This document shows, piece after piece, positions 9,992 through 23,683 of a DNA stretch of 64,000 nucleotides (position 1 is its first letter; each line of letters begins with the position of its first letter). This stretch comes from Eledone cirrhosa (taxonomy: Eukaryota), in the NCBI GenBank assembly GCA_964016885.1, contig OZ024744.1, forward strand, positions 130,882,001-130,946,000, given 5' to 3'. The notes beneath the pieces are model-generated. The model made no database searches. It had not been told where the DNA came from and saw only the letters and a list, made by a program, of their open reading frames with translations. The position numbers were made by a program, and so were the translations under genes.

Positions 9992-12267
9992 TCGGGGTTA
10001 AGTTAAGTTGGCGTTAAGTTAAGTTAGGCTTAACTTAAGTTGGGGTTCAGTTAAGTTGGGGGTAAGTTAAGTTGCGGTTAAGTTGGGGTTAAGTTAAGTT
10101 AGGGTTAAGTTAAGTTGGGGTTGAGTTAAGTTGGGGTTAATTAAGTGGTGGTTATGTTAAGTTGGGGTTAAGTTAAGTTGGGGTTAAGTTAAGTTGGGGT
10201 TAAGTTAAGTTGGGGTAAAGTTGGGGTTGAGTTAAGTTGGGGTTGAGTGAAGTTGGGGTTAAGTTAAGTTGGGGTTAAGTTAAGTCGGGGTTAAGATAAG
10301 TCGGGGTTAAGTTAAGTTGTGGTTGAGTTAAGTTGGGGTTAATTTAAGTTGGGGCTAAGTTAATTTGTGGTTAAGTTAAGTTGGGGTTAAGTTAAGTTGG
10401 GGTTAAGTTAAGTTGGGGTTGAGTTAAGTTGGGGTTGAGTTAATTTGGGGTTAAGTTAAGTTGGGGTTAAGTTAAGTTGGGTTTAAGTTAAGCTGGGGTT
10501 AAATTAAGTTGGGGTTAAATTAAGTTGGGGTTAAGTTAAGTTGGGGGTAAGTTAAGTTGGGGGCAAGTTAAGTTGGGGTTAATTTAAGTTGGGGTTAAAT
10601 TAAGTTGGGGTTACGTTAAGTTGGTGTTAAGTTAAGTTGGGGTTAATTTAAGTTGGGGTTAATTAAGTTGGGGTTAAGTTAAGTTGGGGTTAAGTTAAGT
10701 TGGGGTTAATTTAAGTTGGGGTTGAGTTAAGTTGGGGTTAAGTTAAGTTGGGGTTATATTAAGTTGGGGTTAAGTTAAGTTGGGGTTCAGTTAAGTTGGG
10801 GTTAAGTTAAGTTGGGGTTAAGTTAAGTTGAGGTTAAGTTAAGTTGGGGTTAAGTTAAGTTGGTGTTAAGTTAAGTTGGGGCTAAGTTAAGTTGGGGCTG
10901 AGTTAAGTTGGGGCTGAGTTAAGTTGGGGCTAAGTGAAGTTGGGGTTGAGTTAAGTTGGGGTTAAGTTAAGTTGGGGTTAAGTTAAGTTGGGGTTAAGTT
11001 AAGTTAGGTTTAAGTTAAGTTGGGGTTAAGTTAAGTTGGGGTTAAGTTAAGTTGGGGTTAAGTTAAGTTGGGGTTAAGTTAAGTTGGGGTTAAGTTAATT
11101 TGTGGTTAAGTTAAGTTGTGGTTAAGTTAAGTTGGGGTTAAGTTAAGTTGGGCTTAAGTTAAGTCGGGGTTAAGTTAAGTTGGGGTTAAGTTAAGTTGGG
11201 GTTAATTTAAGTTGGGGTTAAGTTAAGTTGGGGTTAAGTTAAGTTGGGTTTAAGTTAAGTTGGGGTTAAGTTAAGTTGAGGTTAAGTTAAGTTGGGGTTA
11301 AATTAAGTTGGGGTTAAGTTAAGTTGGGGTTAAGTTAAGTTGGGGTTAAGTTAAGTTGGGGATAAGTTAAGTTGGGGATAATTTAAGTTGGGGTTAAGTT
11401 AAGTTGGGTTTAAGTTAAGTTGGGGTTAAGTTAAGTTGGGGTTAAGTTAAGTTGGGGCTAAGTTAAGTTGGGGCTGAGTTAAGTTGGGGTTAAGTTAAAT
11501 TGGGGTTAAGTTAAGTTGGGGTTAAGTTAAGTTGGGGTTAAGTTAAGTTGGGGTTTATTTAAGTTGGGGTTAAGTTAAGTTGGGGTTCAGTTAAGTTGGG
11601 GTTCAGTTAAGTTGGGGTTAAGTTAAGTTGGGGTTTAGATGGGGTTAAATTAAGTTGGGGTTAAGTTAAGTTGGGGTTAAGTTAAGTTGGGGTTAAGCTA
11701 AGTTGGGGTTAAGTTAAGTCGGGGTTAAGTTAAGTCGGGGTTAAGTTAAGTTAGGGTTCAGTTAAGTTGGGGTTAAGTTAAGTTGGGGTTGAGTTAAGTT
11801 GGGGTTGAGTTAAGTTGGGGTTAAGTTAAGTTGGGGTTAAGTTAAGTTGCAGTTAAGTTAAGTTGAGGTTAAGTTAAGGTGCGGTTAAGTTAAGTTGGGG
11901 TTAAGTTAAGTTGGGGCTAAGTTAAGTTGGGGCTAAGTTAAGTTGGGGCTAAGTTAAGTTGGGGTTAAGTTAAGTCGGGGTTAAGTTAAGTTGGGGTTAA
12001 GTTAATTTGGGGTTAATTTAAGTTGGGGTTAAGTTAAGTTGGGGTTAAGTTAAGTTGGGGTTAAGTTAAGTTGGGGTTGAGTTAAGTTGGGTTTAAGTTA
12101 AGTTGGGGTTAAGTTAAGTTGGGGTCAAGTTAAGTTGGGGTTAAGTTAAGTTGGTTAGTTAAGTTGAGTTTAAGTTAAGTTGGGGTTAATTTAAGTTGGG
12201 GTTAAGTTAAGTTGGGGTTCAGTTAAGTTGGGGTTAAGTTAAGTTGGGGTTAAGTTAAGTTGGGGTT

Positions 12268-12469
12268 AACCCAAACTTAACTTAACCCCAACTTCACTCA
12301 ACCCCAACGTAACTCAACCCCAACTTAACTTAACCCCAACTTCACTCAACCCCAACTTAACTTAACCCCAACTTCACTCAACACCAACTTAAGTCAACCC
12401 CAACTTAACTTAACCCCAACTTGACTTAACCCCAACTTAAATTAGCCCCAACTTAACCTAAGCCCAAAG
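12268..12469 (-). repeat. Inverted satellite block 8 (202 bp)
   Basis: Same variants as block 3. Confidence 0.95.
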
Positions 12470-13259
12470 TCGGGGTTAAGTTAAGTTGGCGTTATGTTAA
12501 GTCAGGCTTAACTTAAGTTGGGGTTCAGTTAAGTTAGGGGTAAGTTAAGTTGGGGGTAAGTTAAGTTGGGGTTAAGTTAAGTTGCGGTTAAGTTGGGGTT
12601 AAGTTAAGTTAGGGTTAAGTTAAGTTGGGGTTGAGTTAAGTTGGGGTTAATTAAGTGGTGGTTATGTTAAGTTGGGGTTAATTTAAATTGGGGTTAAGTT
12701 AACTTTGTGGTTAAGTTAAGTTGGGGTTAAGTTAAGTTGGGGTTAAGTTGGGGTTGAGTTAAGTTGGGGTTGAGTGAAGTTGGGGTTAAGTTAAGTTGGG
12801 GTAAAGTTAAGTTGGGGTTAAGTTAAGTCGGGGTTAAGTTAAGTTGTGGTTGAGTTAAGTTGGGGTTAATTTAAGTTGGGGCTAAGTTAATTTGTGGTTA
12901 AGTTAAGTTGGGGTTGAGTTAAGTTGGGGTTAAGTTAAGTTGGGGTCAAGTTAAGTTGGGGTTAAGTTGGGGTTAAGTTAAGTTAGGTTTAAGTTAAGTT
13001 GGGGTTAAGTTAAGTTGGGGTTAAGTTAAGTTGGGGTTAAGTTAAGTTGGGGTTAAGTTAAGTTGGGGTTAAGTTAAATTGGGGTTAAGTTAAGTTGGGT
13101 TTAAGTTAAGTTGGGGTTAAGTTAAGTTGGGGTCAAGTTAAGTTGGGGTTAAGTTAAGTTGGTTAGTTAAGTTGAGTTTAAGTTAAGTTGGGGTTAATTT
13201 AAGTTGGGGTTAAGTTAAGTTGGGGTTAAGTTAAGTTGGGGTTAAGTTAAATTGGGGTT

Positions 13260-13461
13260 AACCCCAACTTAACTTAACCCCAACTTCACTCAACCCCAAC
13301 GTAACTCAACCCCAACTTAACTTAACCCCAACTTCACTCAACCCCAACTTAACTTAACCCCAACTTCACTCAACCGCAACTTAAGTCAACCCCAACTTAA
13401 CTTAACCCCAACTTGACTTAACCCCAACTTAACTTAGCCCCAACTTAACTTAAGCCCAAAG
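13260..13461 (-). repeat. Inverted satellite block 9 (202 bp)
   Basis: Same variants as block 4. Confidence 0.95.
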
Positions 13462-13658
13462 TCGGGATTAAGTTAAGTTGGCGTTAAGTTAAGTTGGGGT
13501 TAAGTTAAGTTGGGTTTAAGTTAAGTTGGGGTTAAGTTAAGTTGGGGTCAAGTTAAGTTGGGGTTAAGTTAAGTTGGTTAGTTAAGTTGAGTTTAAGTTA
13601 AGTTGGGGTTAATTTAAGTTGGGGTTAAGTTAAGTTGGGGTTAAGTTAAGTTGGGGTT

Positions 13659-13812
13659 AACCCCAACTTAACTTAACCCCAACTTCACTCAACCCCAACT
13701 TAACTTAACCCCAACTTCACTCAACCCCAACTTAAGTCAACCCCAACTTAACTTAACCCCAACTTGACTTAACCCCAACTTAAATTAGCCCCAACTTAAC
13801 TTAAGCCCAAAG
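13659..13812 (-). repeat. Inverted satellite block 10 (154 bp)
   Basis: Same variants as block 5. Confidence 0.95.
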
Positions 13813-14575
13813 TCGGGGTTAAGTTAAGTTGGCGTTATGTTAAGTCAGGCTTAACTTAAGTTGGGGTTCAGTTAAGTTGGGGGTAAGTTAAGTTGGGGGT
13901 AAGTTAAGTTGGGGTTAAGTTAAGTTGCGGTTAAGTTGGGGTTAAGTTAAGTTAGGGTTAAGTTAAGTTGGGGTTGAGTTAAGTTGGGGTTAATTAAGTG
14001 GTGGTTATGTTAAGTTGGGGTTAATTTAAATTGGGGTTAAGTTAACTTTGTGGTTAAGTTAAGTTGGGGTTAAGTTAAGTTGGGGTTAAGTTGGGGTTGA
14101 GTTAAGTTGGGGTTGAGTGAAGTTGGGGTTAACTTAAGTTGGGGTAAAGTTAAGTTGGGGTTAAGTTAAGTCGGGGTTAAGTTAAGTTGTGGTTGAGTTA
14201 AGTTGGGGTTAATTTAAGTTGGGGCTAAGTTAATTTGTGGTTAAGTTAAGTTGGGGTTAAGTTAAGTTGGGGTTAAGTTAAGTTGGGGTTGAGTTAAGTT
14301 GGGGTTAAGTTAAGTTGGGGTTAAGTTAAGTCGGGGTTAAGTTAAGTTGGGGTTAAGTTAAGTTGGGGTTAATTTAAGTTGGGGTTAAGTTAAGTTGGGG
14401 TTAAGTTAAGTTGGGTTTAAGTTAAGTTGGGGTTAAGTTAAGTTGGGGTTAAGTTAAGTTGGGGTTAAGTTAAGTTGGTTAGTTAAGTTGAGTTTAAGTT
14501 AAGTTGGGGTTAATTTAAGTTGGGGTTAAGTTAAGTTGGGGTTAAGTTAAGTTGGGGTTAAGTTAAGTTGGGGTT

Positions 14576-14752
14576 AACCCCAACTTAACTTAACCCCAAC
14601 TTCACTCAACCCCAACGTAACTCAACCCCAACTTAACTTAACCCCAACTTCACTCAACCCCAACTTAACTTAACCCCAACTTCACTCAACCCCAACTTCC
14701 AACTTGACTTAACCCCAACTTAACTTAGCCCCAACTTAACTTAAGCCCAAAG
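14576..14752 (-). repeat. Inverted satellite block 11 (177 bp)
   Basis: Reverse-complement units with conserved junctions. Confidence 0.95.
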
Positions 14753-16117
14753 TCGGGGTTAAGTTAAGTTGGCGTTAAGTTAAGTTAGGCTTAACTTAAG
14801 TTGGGGTTCAGTTAAGTTGGGGGTAAGTTAAGTTGGGGGTAAGTTAAGTTGGGGGTAAGTTAAGTTGGGGTTAAGTTAAGTTGCGGTTAAGTTGGGGTTA
14901 AGTTAAGTTAGGGTTAAGTTAAGTTGGGGTTGAGTTAAGTTGGGGTTAATTAAGTGGTGGTTATGTTAAGTTGGGGTTAAGTTAAGTTGGGGTTAAGTTA
15001 AGTTGGGGTTAAGTTAAGTTGGGGTAAAGTTGGGGTTGAGTTAAGTTGGGGTTGAGTGAAGTTGGGGTTAATTTAAGTTGGGGCTAAGTTAATTTGTGGT
15101 TAAGTTAAGTTGGGGTTAAGTTAAGTTGGGGTTAAGTTAAGTTGGGGTTGAGTTAAGTTGGGGTTGAGTTAATTTGGGGTTAAGTTAAGTTGGGGTTAAG
15201 TTAAGTTGGATTTAAGTTAAGTTGGGGTTAAATTAAGTTGGGGTTAAATTAAGTTGGGGTTAAGTTAAGTTGGGGGTAAGTTAAGTTGGGGGCAAGTTAA
15301 GTTGGGGTTAAGTTAAGTTGGGGCTAATTTAAGTTGTGGCTGAGTTAAGTTGGGGTTAAGTTAAGTTGGGGTTAAGTTAAGTTGGGGTTAAGTTAAGTTG
15401 GGGTTAAGTTAAGTTGGGGTTTATTTAAGTTGGGGTTAAGTTAAGTTGGGGTTCAGTTAAGTTGGGGTTCAGTTAAGTTGGGGTTAAGTTAAGTTGGGGT
15501 TAAGATGGGGTTAAATTACGTTGGAGTTAAGTTAAGTTGGGGTTAAGTTAAGTTGGGGTTAAGTTAAGTTGGGGTTAAGTTAAGTCGGGGTTAATTTAAG
15601 TCGGGGTTAAGTTAAGTTAGGGTTCAGTTAAGTTGGGGTTAAGTTAAGTTGGGGTTGAGTTAAGTTGGGGTTGAGTTAAATTGGGGTTGAGTTAAGTTGG
15701 GGTTGAGTTAAGTTGGTGTTGAGTTAAGTTGGGGTTAAGTTAAATTGGGGTTAAATTAAGTTGCAGTTAAGTTAAGTTGAGGTTAAGTTAAGGTGCGGTT
15801 AAGTTAAGTTGGGGTTAAGTTAAGTTGGGGCTAAGTTAAGTTGGGGCTAAGTTAAGTTGGGGCTAAGTTAAGTTGGGGTTAAGTTAAGTTGGGGTTAAGT
15901 TAAGTCGGGGTTAAGTTAAGTTGGGGTTAAGTTAAGTTGGAGTTAATTTAAGTTGGGGTTAAGTTAAGTTGGGGTTAAGTTAAGTTGGGTTTAAGTTAAG
16001 TTGGGGTTAAGTTAAGTTGGGGTTAAGTTAAGTTGGTTAGTTAAGTTGAGTTTAAGTTAAGTTGGGGTTAATTTAATTTGGGGTTAAGTTAAGTTGGGGT
16101 TAAGTTAAGTTGGGGTT

Positions 16118-16294
16118 AACCCCAACTTAACTTAACCCCAACTTCACTCAACCCCAACGTAACTCAACCCCAACTTAACTTAACCCCAACTTCACTCAAC
16201 CCCAACTTAACTTAACCCCAACTTCACTCAACCCCAACTTCCAACTTGACTTAACCCCAACTTAACTTAGCCCCAACTTAACTTAAGCCCAAAG
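16118..16294 (-). repeat. Inverted satellite block 12 (177 bp)
   Basis: Reverse-complement units with conserved junctions. Confidence 0.95.
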
Positions 16295-17232
16295 TCGGGG
16301 TTAAGTTAAGTTGGCGTTAAGTTAAGTTAGGCTTAACTTAAGTTGGGGTTCAGTTAAGTTGGGGGTAAGTTAAGTTGGGGGTAAGTTAAGTTGGGGGTAA
16401 GTTAAGTTGGGGTTAAGTTAAGTTGCGGTTAAGTTGGGGTTAAGTTAAGTTAGGGTTAAGTTAAGTTGGGGTTGAGTTAAGTTGGGGTTAATTAAGTGGT
16501 GGTTATGTTAAGTTGGGGTTAAGTTAAGTTGGGGTTAAGTTAAGTTGGGGTTAAGTTAAGTTGGGGTTTATTTAAGTTGGGGTTAAGTTAAGTTGGGGTT
16601 CAGTTAAGTTGGGGTTCAGTTAAGTTGGGGTTAAGTTAAGTTGGGGTTAAGATGGGGTTAAATTACGTTGGAGTTAAGTTAAGTTGGGGTTAAGTTAAGT
16701 TGGGGTTAAGTTAAGTTGGGGTTAAGTTAAGTCGGGGTTAATTTAAGTCGGGGCTAAGTTAAGTTAGGGTTCAGTTAAGTTGGGGTTAAGTTAAGTTGGG
16801 GTTGAGTTAAGTTGGGGTTGAGTTAAATTGGGGTTCAGTTAAGTTGGGGTTGAGTTAAGTTGGTGTTGAGTTAAGTTGGGGTTAAGTTAAATTGGGGTTA
16901 AATTAAGTTGCAGTTAAGTTAAGTTGAGGTTAAGTTAAGGTGCGGTTAAGTTAAGTTGGGGTTAAGTTAAGTTGGGGCTAAGTTAAGTTGGGGCTAAGTT
17001 AAGTTGGGGCTAAGTTAAGTTGGGGTTAAGTTAAGTTGGGGTTAAGTTAAGTCGGGGTTAAGTTAAGTTGGGGTTAAGTTAAGTTGGGGTTAATTTAAGT
17101 TGGGGTTAAGTTAAGTTGGGGTTAAGTTAAGTTGGGTTTAAGATAAGTTGGTTAGTTAAGTTGAGTTTAAGTTAAGTTGGGGTTAATTTAAGTTGGGGTT
17201 AAGTTAAGTTGGGGTTAAGTTAAGTTGGGGTT

Positions 17233-17409
17233 AACCCCAACTTAACTTAACCCCAACTTCACTCAACCCCAACGTAACTCAACCCCAACTTAACTTAACC
17301 CCAACTTCACTCAACCCCAACTTAACTTAACCCCAACTTCACTCAACCCCAACTTCCAACTTGACTTAACCCCAACTTAACTTAGCCCCAACTTAACTTA
17401 AGCCCAAAG
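17233..17409 (-). repeat. Inverted satellite block 13 (177 bp)
   Basis: Reverse-complement units with conserved junctions. Confidence 0.95.
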
Positions 17410-18713
17410 TCGGGGTTAAGTTAAGTTGGCGTTAAGTTAAGTTAGGCTTAACTTAAGTTGGGGTTCAGTTAAGTTGGGGGTAAGTTAAGTTGGGGGTAAG
17501 TTAAGTTGGGGGTAAGTTAAGTTGGGGTTAAGTTAAGTTGCGGTTAAGTTGGGGTTAAGTTAAGTTAGGGTTAAGTTAAGTTGGGGTTGAGTTAAGTTGG
17601 GGTTAATTAAGTGGTGGTTATGTTAAGTTGGGGTTAAGTTAAGTTGGGGTTAAGTTAAGTTGGGGTAAAGTTGGGGTTGAGTTAAGTTGGGGTTGAGTGA
17701 AGTTGGGGTTAAGTTAAGTTGGGGTTAAGTTAAGTTGGGGTTAAGATAAGTCGGTGTTAAGTTAAGTTGTGGTTGAGTTAAGTTGGGGTTAATTTAAGTT
17801 GGGGCTAAGTTAATTTGTGGTTAAGTTAAGTTGGGGTTAAGTTAAGTTGGGGTTAAGTTAAGTTGGGGTTGAGTTAAGTTGGGGTTGAGTTAATTTGGGG
17901 TTAAGTTAAGTTGGGGTTAAGTTAAGTTGGGTTTAAGTTAAGTTGGGGTTAAATTAAGTTGGGGTTAAATTAAGTTGGGGTTAAGTTAAGTTGGGGGTAA
18001 GTTAAGTTGGGGGCAAGTTAAGTTGGGGTTAATTTAAGTTGGGGCTAAGTTAAGTTGGGGCTGAGTTAAGTTGGGGTTAAGTTAAGTTGGGGTTAAGTTA
18101 AGTTGGGGTTAAGTTAAGTTGGGGTTAATTTAAGTTGGGGTTAAGTTAAGTTGCGGGTAATTTAAGTTGGGGTTAAGTTAAGTTGGGGTTAAGTTAAGTT
18201 GGGGCTAATTTAAGTTGGGGCTGAGTTAAGTTGGGGTTAAGTTAAGTTGGGGTTAAGTTAAGTTGGGGTTAAGTTAAGTTGGGGTTAAGTTAAGTTGGGG
18301 TTTATTTAAGTTGGGGTTAAGTTAAGTTGGGGTTCAGTTAAGTTGGGGTTCAGTTAAGTTGGGGTTAAGTTAAGTTGGGGTTAAGATGGGGTTAAATTAC
18401 GTTGGAGTTAAGTTAAGTTGGGGTTAAGTTAAGTTGGGGTTAAGTTAAGTTGGGGTTAAGTTAAGTCGGGGTTAATTTAAGTCGGGGTTAAGTTAAGTTA
18501 GGGTTCAGTTAAGTTGGGGTTAAGTTAAGTTGGGGTTGAGTTAAGTTGGGGTTGAGTTAAATTGGGGTTGAGTTAAGTTGGGGTTGAGTTAAGTTGGTGT
18601 TGAGTTAAGTTGGGGTTAAGTTAAATTGGGGTTAAATTAAGTTGCAGTTAAGTTAAGTTGAGGTTAAGTTAAGGTGCGGTTAAGTTAAGTTGGGGTTAAG
18701 TTAAGTTGGGGTT

Positions 18714-18890
18714 AACCCCAACTTAACTTAACCCCAACTTCACTCAACCCCAACGTAACTCAACCCCAACTTAACTTAACCCCAACTTCACTCAACCCCA
18801 ACTTAACTTAACCTCAACTTCACTCAACCCCAACTTCCAACTTGACTTAACCCCAACTTAACTTAGCCCCAACTTAACTTAAGCCCAAAG
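18714..18890 (-). repeat. Inverted satellite block 14 (177 bp)
   Basis: Reverse-complement units; AACCTCAAC variant. Confidence 0.95.
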
Positions 18891-21198
18891 TCGGGGTTAA
18901 GTTAAGTTGGCGTTAAGTTAAGTTAGGCTTAACTTAAGTTGGGGTTCAGTTAAGTTGGGGGTAAGTTAAGTTGGGGGTAAGTTAAGTTGGGGGTAAGTTA
19001 AGTTGGGGTTAAGTTAAGTTGCGGTTAAGTTGGGGTTAATTTAAGTTAGGGTTAAGTTAAGTTGGGGTTGAGTTAAGTTGGGGTTAATTAAGTGGTGGTT
19101 ATGTTAAGTTGGGGTTAAGTTAAGTTGGGGTTAAGTTAAGTTGGGGTTAAGTTAAGTTGGGGTAAAGTTGGGGTTGAGTTAAGTTGGGGTTGAGTGAAGT
19201 TGGGGTTAAGTTAAGTTGGGGTTAAGTTAAGTTGGGGTTAAGATAAGTCGGGGTTAAGTTAAGTTGTGGTTGAGTTAAGTTGGGGTTAATTTAAGTTGGG
19301 GCTAAGTTAATTTGTGGTTAAGTTAAGTTGGGGTTAAGTTAAGTTGGGGTTAAGTTAAGTTGGGGTTGAGTTAAGTTGGGGTTGAGTTAATTTGGGGTTA
19401 AGTTAAGTTGGGGTTAAGTTAAGTTGGGTTTAAGTTAAGTTGGGGTTAAATTAAATTGGGGTTAAATTAAGTTGGGGTTAATTTAAGTTGGGGGTAAGTT
19501 AAGTTGGGGGCAAGTTAAGTTGGGGTTAATTTAAGTTGGGGTTAAATTAAGTTGGTGTTAAGTTAAGTTGGGGTTAATTTAAGTTGGGGTTAATTAAGTT
19601 GGGGTTAAGTTAAGTTGGGGTTAAGTTAAGTTGGGGTTAATTTAAGTTGGGGTTGAGTTAAGTTGGGGTTAAGTTAAGTTGGGGTTATATTAAGTTGGGG
19701 TTAAGTTAAGTTGGGGTTCAGTTAAGTTGGGGTTAAGTTAAGTTGGGGTTAAGTTAAGTTGAGGTTAAGTTAAGTTGGGGTTAAGTTAAGTTGGTGTTAA
19801 GTTAAGTTGGGGCTAAGTTAAGTTGGGGCTGAGTTAAGTTGGGGCTGAGTTAAGTTGGGGCTAAGTGAAGTTGGGGTTGAGTTAAGTTGGGGTTAAGTTA
19901 AGTTGGGGTTAAGTTAAGTTGGGGTTAAGTTAAGTTAGGTTTAAGTTAAGTTGGGGTTAAGTTAAGTTGGGGTTAAGTTAAGTTGGGGTTAAGTTAAGTT
20001 GGGGTTAAGTTAAGTTGGGGTTAAGTTAATTTGTGGTTAAGTTAAGTTGTGGTTAAGTTAAGTTGGGGTTAAGTTAAGTTGGGCTTAAGTTAAGTCGGGG
20101 TTAAGTTAAGTTGGGGTTAAGTTAAGTTGGGGTTAATTTAAGTTGGGGTTAAGTTAAGTTGGGGTTAAGTTAAGTTGGGTTTAAGTTAAGTTGGGGTTAA
20201 GTTAAGTTGAGGTTAAGTTAAGTTGGGGTTAAATTAAGTTGGGGTTAAGTTAAGTTGGGGTTAAGTTAAGTTGGGGTTAAGTTAAGTTGGGGATAAGTTA
20301 AGTTGGGGATAATTTAAGTTGGGGTTAAGTTAAGTTGGGTTTAAGTTAAGTTGGGGTTAAGTTAAGTTGGGGTTAAGTTAAGTTGGGGCTAAGTTAAGTT
20401 GGGGCTGAGTTAAGTTGGGGTTAAGTTAAATTGGGGTTAAGTTAAGTTGGGGTTAAGTTAAGTTGGGGTTAAGTTAAGTTGGGGTTTATTTAAGTTGGGG
20501 TTAAGTTAAGTTGGGGTTCAGTTAAGTTGGGGTTCAGTTAAGTTGGGGTTAAGTTAAGTTGGGGTTTAGATGGGGTTAAATTAAGTTGGGGTTAAGTTAA
20601 GTTGGGGTTAAGTTAAGTTGGGGTTAAGCTAAGTTGGGGTTAAGTTAAGTCGGGGTTAAGTTAAGTCGGGGTTAAGTTAAGTTAGGGTTCAGTTAAGTTG
20701 GGGTTAAGTTAAGTTGGGGTTGAGTTAAGTTGGGGTTGAGTTAAGTTGGGGTTAAGTTAAGTTGGGGTTAAGTTAAGTTGCAGTTAAGTTAAGTTGAGGT
20801 TAAGTTAAGGTGCGGTTAAGTTAAGTTGGGGTTAAGTTAAGTTGGGGCTAAGTTAAGTTGGGGCTAAGTTAAGTTGGGGCTAAGTTAAGTTGGGGTTAAG
20901 TTAAGTCGGGGTTAAGTTAAGTTGGGGTTAAGTTAATTTGGGGTTAATTTAAGTTGGGGTTAAGTTAAGTTGGGGTTAAGTTAAGTTGGGGTTAAGTTAA
21001 GTTGGGGTTGAGTTAAGTTGGGTTTAAGTTAAGTTGGGGTTAAGTTAAGTTGGGGTCAAGTTAAGTTGGGGTTAAGTTAAGTTGGTTAGTTAAGTTGAGT
21101 TTAAGTTAAGTTGGGGTTAATTTAAGTTGGGGTTAAGTTAAGTTGGGGTTCAGTTAAGTTGGGGTTAAGTTAAGTTGGGGTTAAGTTAAGTTGGGGTT

Positions 21199-21400
21199 AA
21201 CCCAAACTTAACTTAACCCCAACTTCACTCAACCCCAACGTAACTCAACCCCAACTTAACTTAACCCCAACTTCACTCAACCCCAACTTAACTTAACCCC
21301 AACTTCACTCAACACCAACTTAAGTCAACCCCAACTTAACTTAACCCCAACTTGACTTAACCCCAACTTAAATTAGCCCCAACTTAACCTAAGCCCAAAG
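21199..21400 (-). repeat. Inverted satellite block 15 (202 bp)
   Basis: Same variants as blocks 3 and 8. Confidence 0.95.
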
Positions 21401-22190
21401 TCGGGGTTAAGTTAAGTTGGCGTTATGTTAAGTCAGGCTTAACTTAAGTTGGGGTTCAGTTAAGTTAGGGGTAAGTTAAGTTGGGGGTAAGTTAAGTTGG
21501 GGTTAAGTTAAGTTGCGGTTAAGTTGGGGTTAAGTTAAGTTAGGGTTAAGTTAAGTTGGGGTTGAGTTAAGTTGGGGTTAATTAAGTGGTGGTTATGTTA
21601 AGTTGGGGTTAATTTAAATTGGGGTTAAGTTAACTTTGTGGTTAAGTTAAGTTGGGGTTAAGTTAAGTTGGGGTTAAGTTGGGGTTGAGTTAAGTTGGGG
21701 TTGAGTGAAGTTGGGGTTAAGTTAAGTTGGGGTAAAGTTAAGTTGGGGTTAAGTTAAGTCGGGGTTAAGTTAAGTTGTGGTTGAGTTAAGTTGGGGTTAA
21801 TTTAAGTTGGGGCTAAGTTAATTTGTGGTTAAGTTAAGTTGGGGTTGAGTTAAGTTGGGGTTAAGTTAAGTTGGGGTCAAGTTAAGTTGGGGTTAAGTTG
21901 GGGTTAAGTTAAGTTAGGTTTAAGTTAAGTTGGGGTTAAGTTAAGTTGGGGTTAAGTTAAGTTGGGGTTAAGTTAAGTTGGGGTTAAGTTAAGTTGGGGT
22001 TAAGTTAAATTGGGGTTAAGTTAAGTTGGGTTTAAGTTAAGTTGGGGTTAAGTTAAGTTGGGGTCAAGTTAAGTTGGGGTTAAGTTAAGTTGGTTAGTTA
22101 AGTTGAGTTTAAGTTAAGTTGGGGTTAATTTAAGTTGGGGTTAAGTTAAGTTGGGGTTAAGTTAAGTTGGGGTTAAGTTAAATTGGGGTT

Positions 22191-22392
22191 AACCCCAACT
22201 TAACTTAACCCCAACTTCACTCAACCCCAACGTAACTCAACCCCAACTTAACTTAACCCCAACTTCACTCAACCCCAACTTAACTTAACCCCAACTTCAC
22301 TCAACCGCAACTTAAGTCAACCCCAACTTAACTTAACCCCAACTTGACTTAACCCCAACTTAACTTAGCCCCAACTTAACTTAAGCCCAAAG
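22191..22392 (-). repeat. Inverted satellite block 16 (202 bp)
   Basis: Same variants as blocks 4 and 9. Confidence 0.95.
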
Positions 22393-22589
22393 TCGGGATT
22401 AAGTTAAGTTGGCGTTAAGTTAAGTTGGGGTTAAGTTAAGTTGGGTTTAAGTTAAGTTGGGGTTAAGTTAAGTTGGGGTCAAGTTAAGTTGGGGTTAAGT
22501 TAAGTTGGTTAGTTAAGTTGAGTTTAAGTTAAGTTGGGGTTAATTTAAGTTGGGGTTAAGTTAAGTTGGGGTTAAGTTAAGTTGGGGTT

Positions 22590-22743
22590 AACCCCAACTT
22601 AACTTAACCCCAACTTCACTCAACCCCAACTTAACTTAACCCCAACTTCACTCAACCCCAACTTAAGTCAACCCCAACTTAACTTAACCCCAACTTGACT
22701 TAACCCCAACTTAAATTAGCCCCAACTTAACTTAAGCCCAAAG
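22590..22743 (-). repeat. Inverted satellite block 17 (154 bp)
   Basis: Same variants as blocks 5 and 10. Confidence 0.95.
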
Positions 22744-23506
22744 TCGGGGTTAAGTTAAGTTGGCGTTATGTTAAGTCAGGCTTAACTTAAGTTGGGGTTC
22801 AGTTAAGTTGGGGGTAAGTTAAGTTGGGGGTAAGTTAAGTTGGGGTTAAGTTAAGTTGCGGTTAAGTTGGGGTTAAGTTAAGTTAGGGTTAAGTTAAGTT
22901 GGGGTTGAGTTAAGTTGGGGTTAATTAAGTGGTGGTTATGTTAAGTTGGGGTTAATTTAAATTGGGGTTAAGTTAACTTTGTGGTTAAGTTAAGTTGGGG
23001 TTAAGTTAAGTTGGGGTTAAGTTGGGGTTGAGTTAAGTTGGGGTTGAGTGAAGTTGGGGTTAACTTAAGTTGGGGTAAAGTTAAGTTGGGGTTAAGTTAA
23101 GTCGGGGTTAAGTTAAGTTGTGGTTGAGTTATGTTGGGGTTAATTTAAGTTGGGGCTAAGTTAATTTGTGGTTAAGTTAAGTTGGGGTTAAGTTAAGTTG
23201 GGGTTAAGTTAAGTTGGGGTTGAGTTAAGTTGGGGTTAAGTTAAGTTGGGGTTAAGTTAAGTCGGGGTTAAGTTAAGTTGGGGTTAAGTTAAGTTGGGGT
23301 TAATTTAAGTTGGGGTTAAGTTAAGTTGGGGTTAAGTTAAGTTGGGTTTAAGTTAAGTTGGGGTTAAGTTAAGTTGGGGTTAAGTTAAGTTGGGGTTAAG
23401 TTAAGTTGGTTAGTTAAGTTGAGTTTAAGTTAAGTTGGGGTTAATTTAAGTTGGGGTTAAGTTAAGTTGGGGTTAAGTTAAGTTGGGGTTAAGTTAAGTT
23501 GGGGTT

Positions 23507-23683
23507 AACCCCAACTTAACTTAACCCCAACTTCACTCAACCCCAACGTAACTCAACCCCAACTTAACTTAACCCCAACTTCACTCAACCCCAACTTAAC
23601 TTAACCCCAACTTCACTCAACCCCAACTTCCAACTTGACTTAACCCCAACTTAACTTAGCCCCAACTTAACTTAAGCCCAAAG
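23507..23683 (-). repeat. Inverted satellite block 18 (177 bp)
   Basis: Reverse-complement units with conserved junctions. Confidence 0.95.

Larger units (their letters stand above)
3760..16376 (+). repeat. Tandem duplication with a 6,303-bp period
   Basis: Junction pairs 5965/12268, 6957/13260, 7356/13659, 8273/14576 and 9815/16118 all differ by 6,303. Confidence 0.9.
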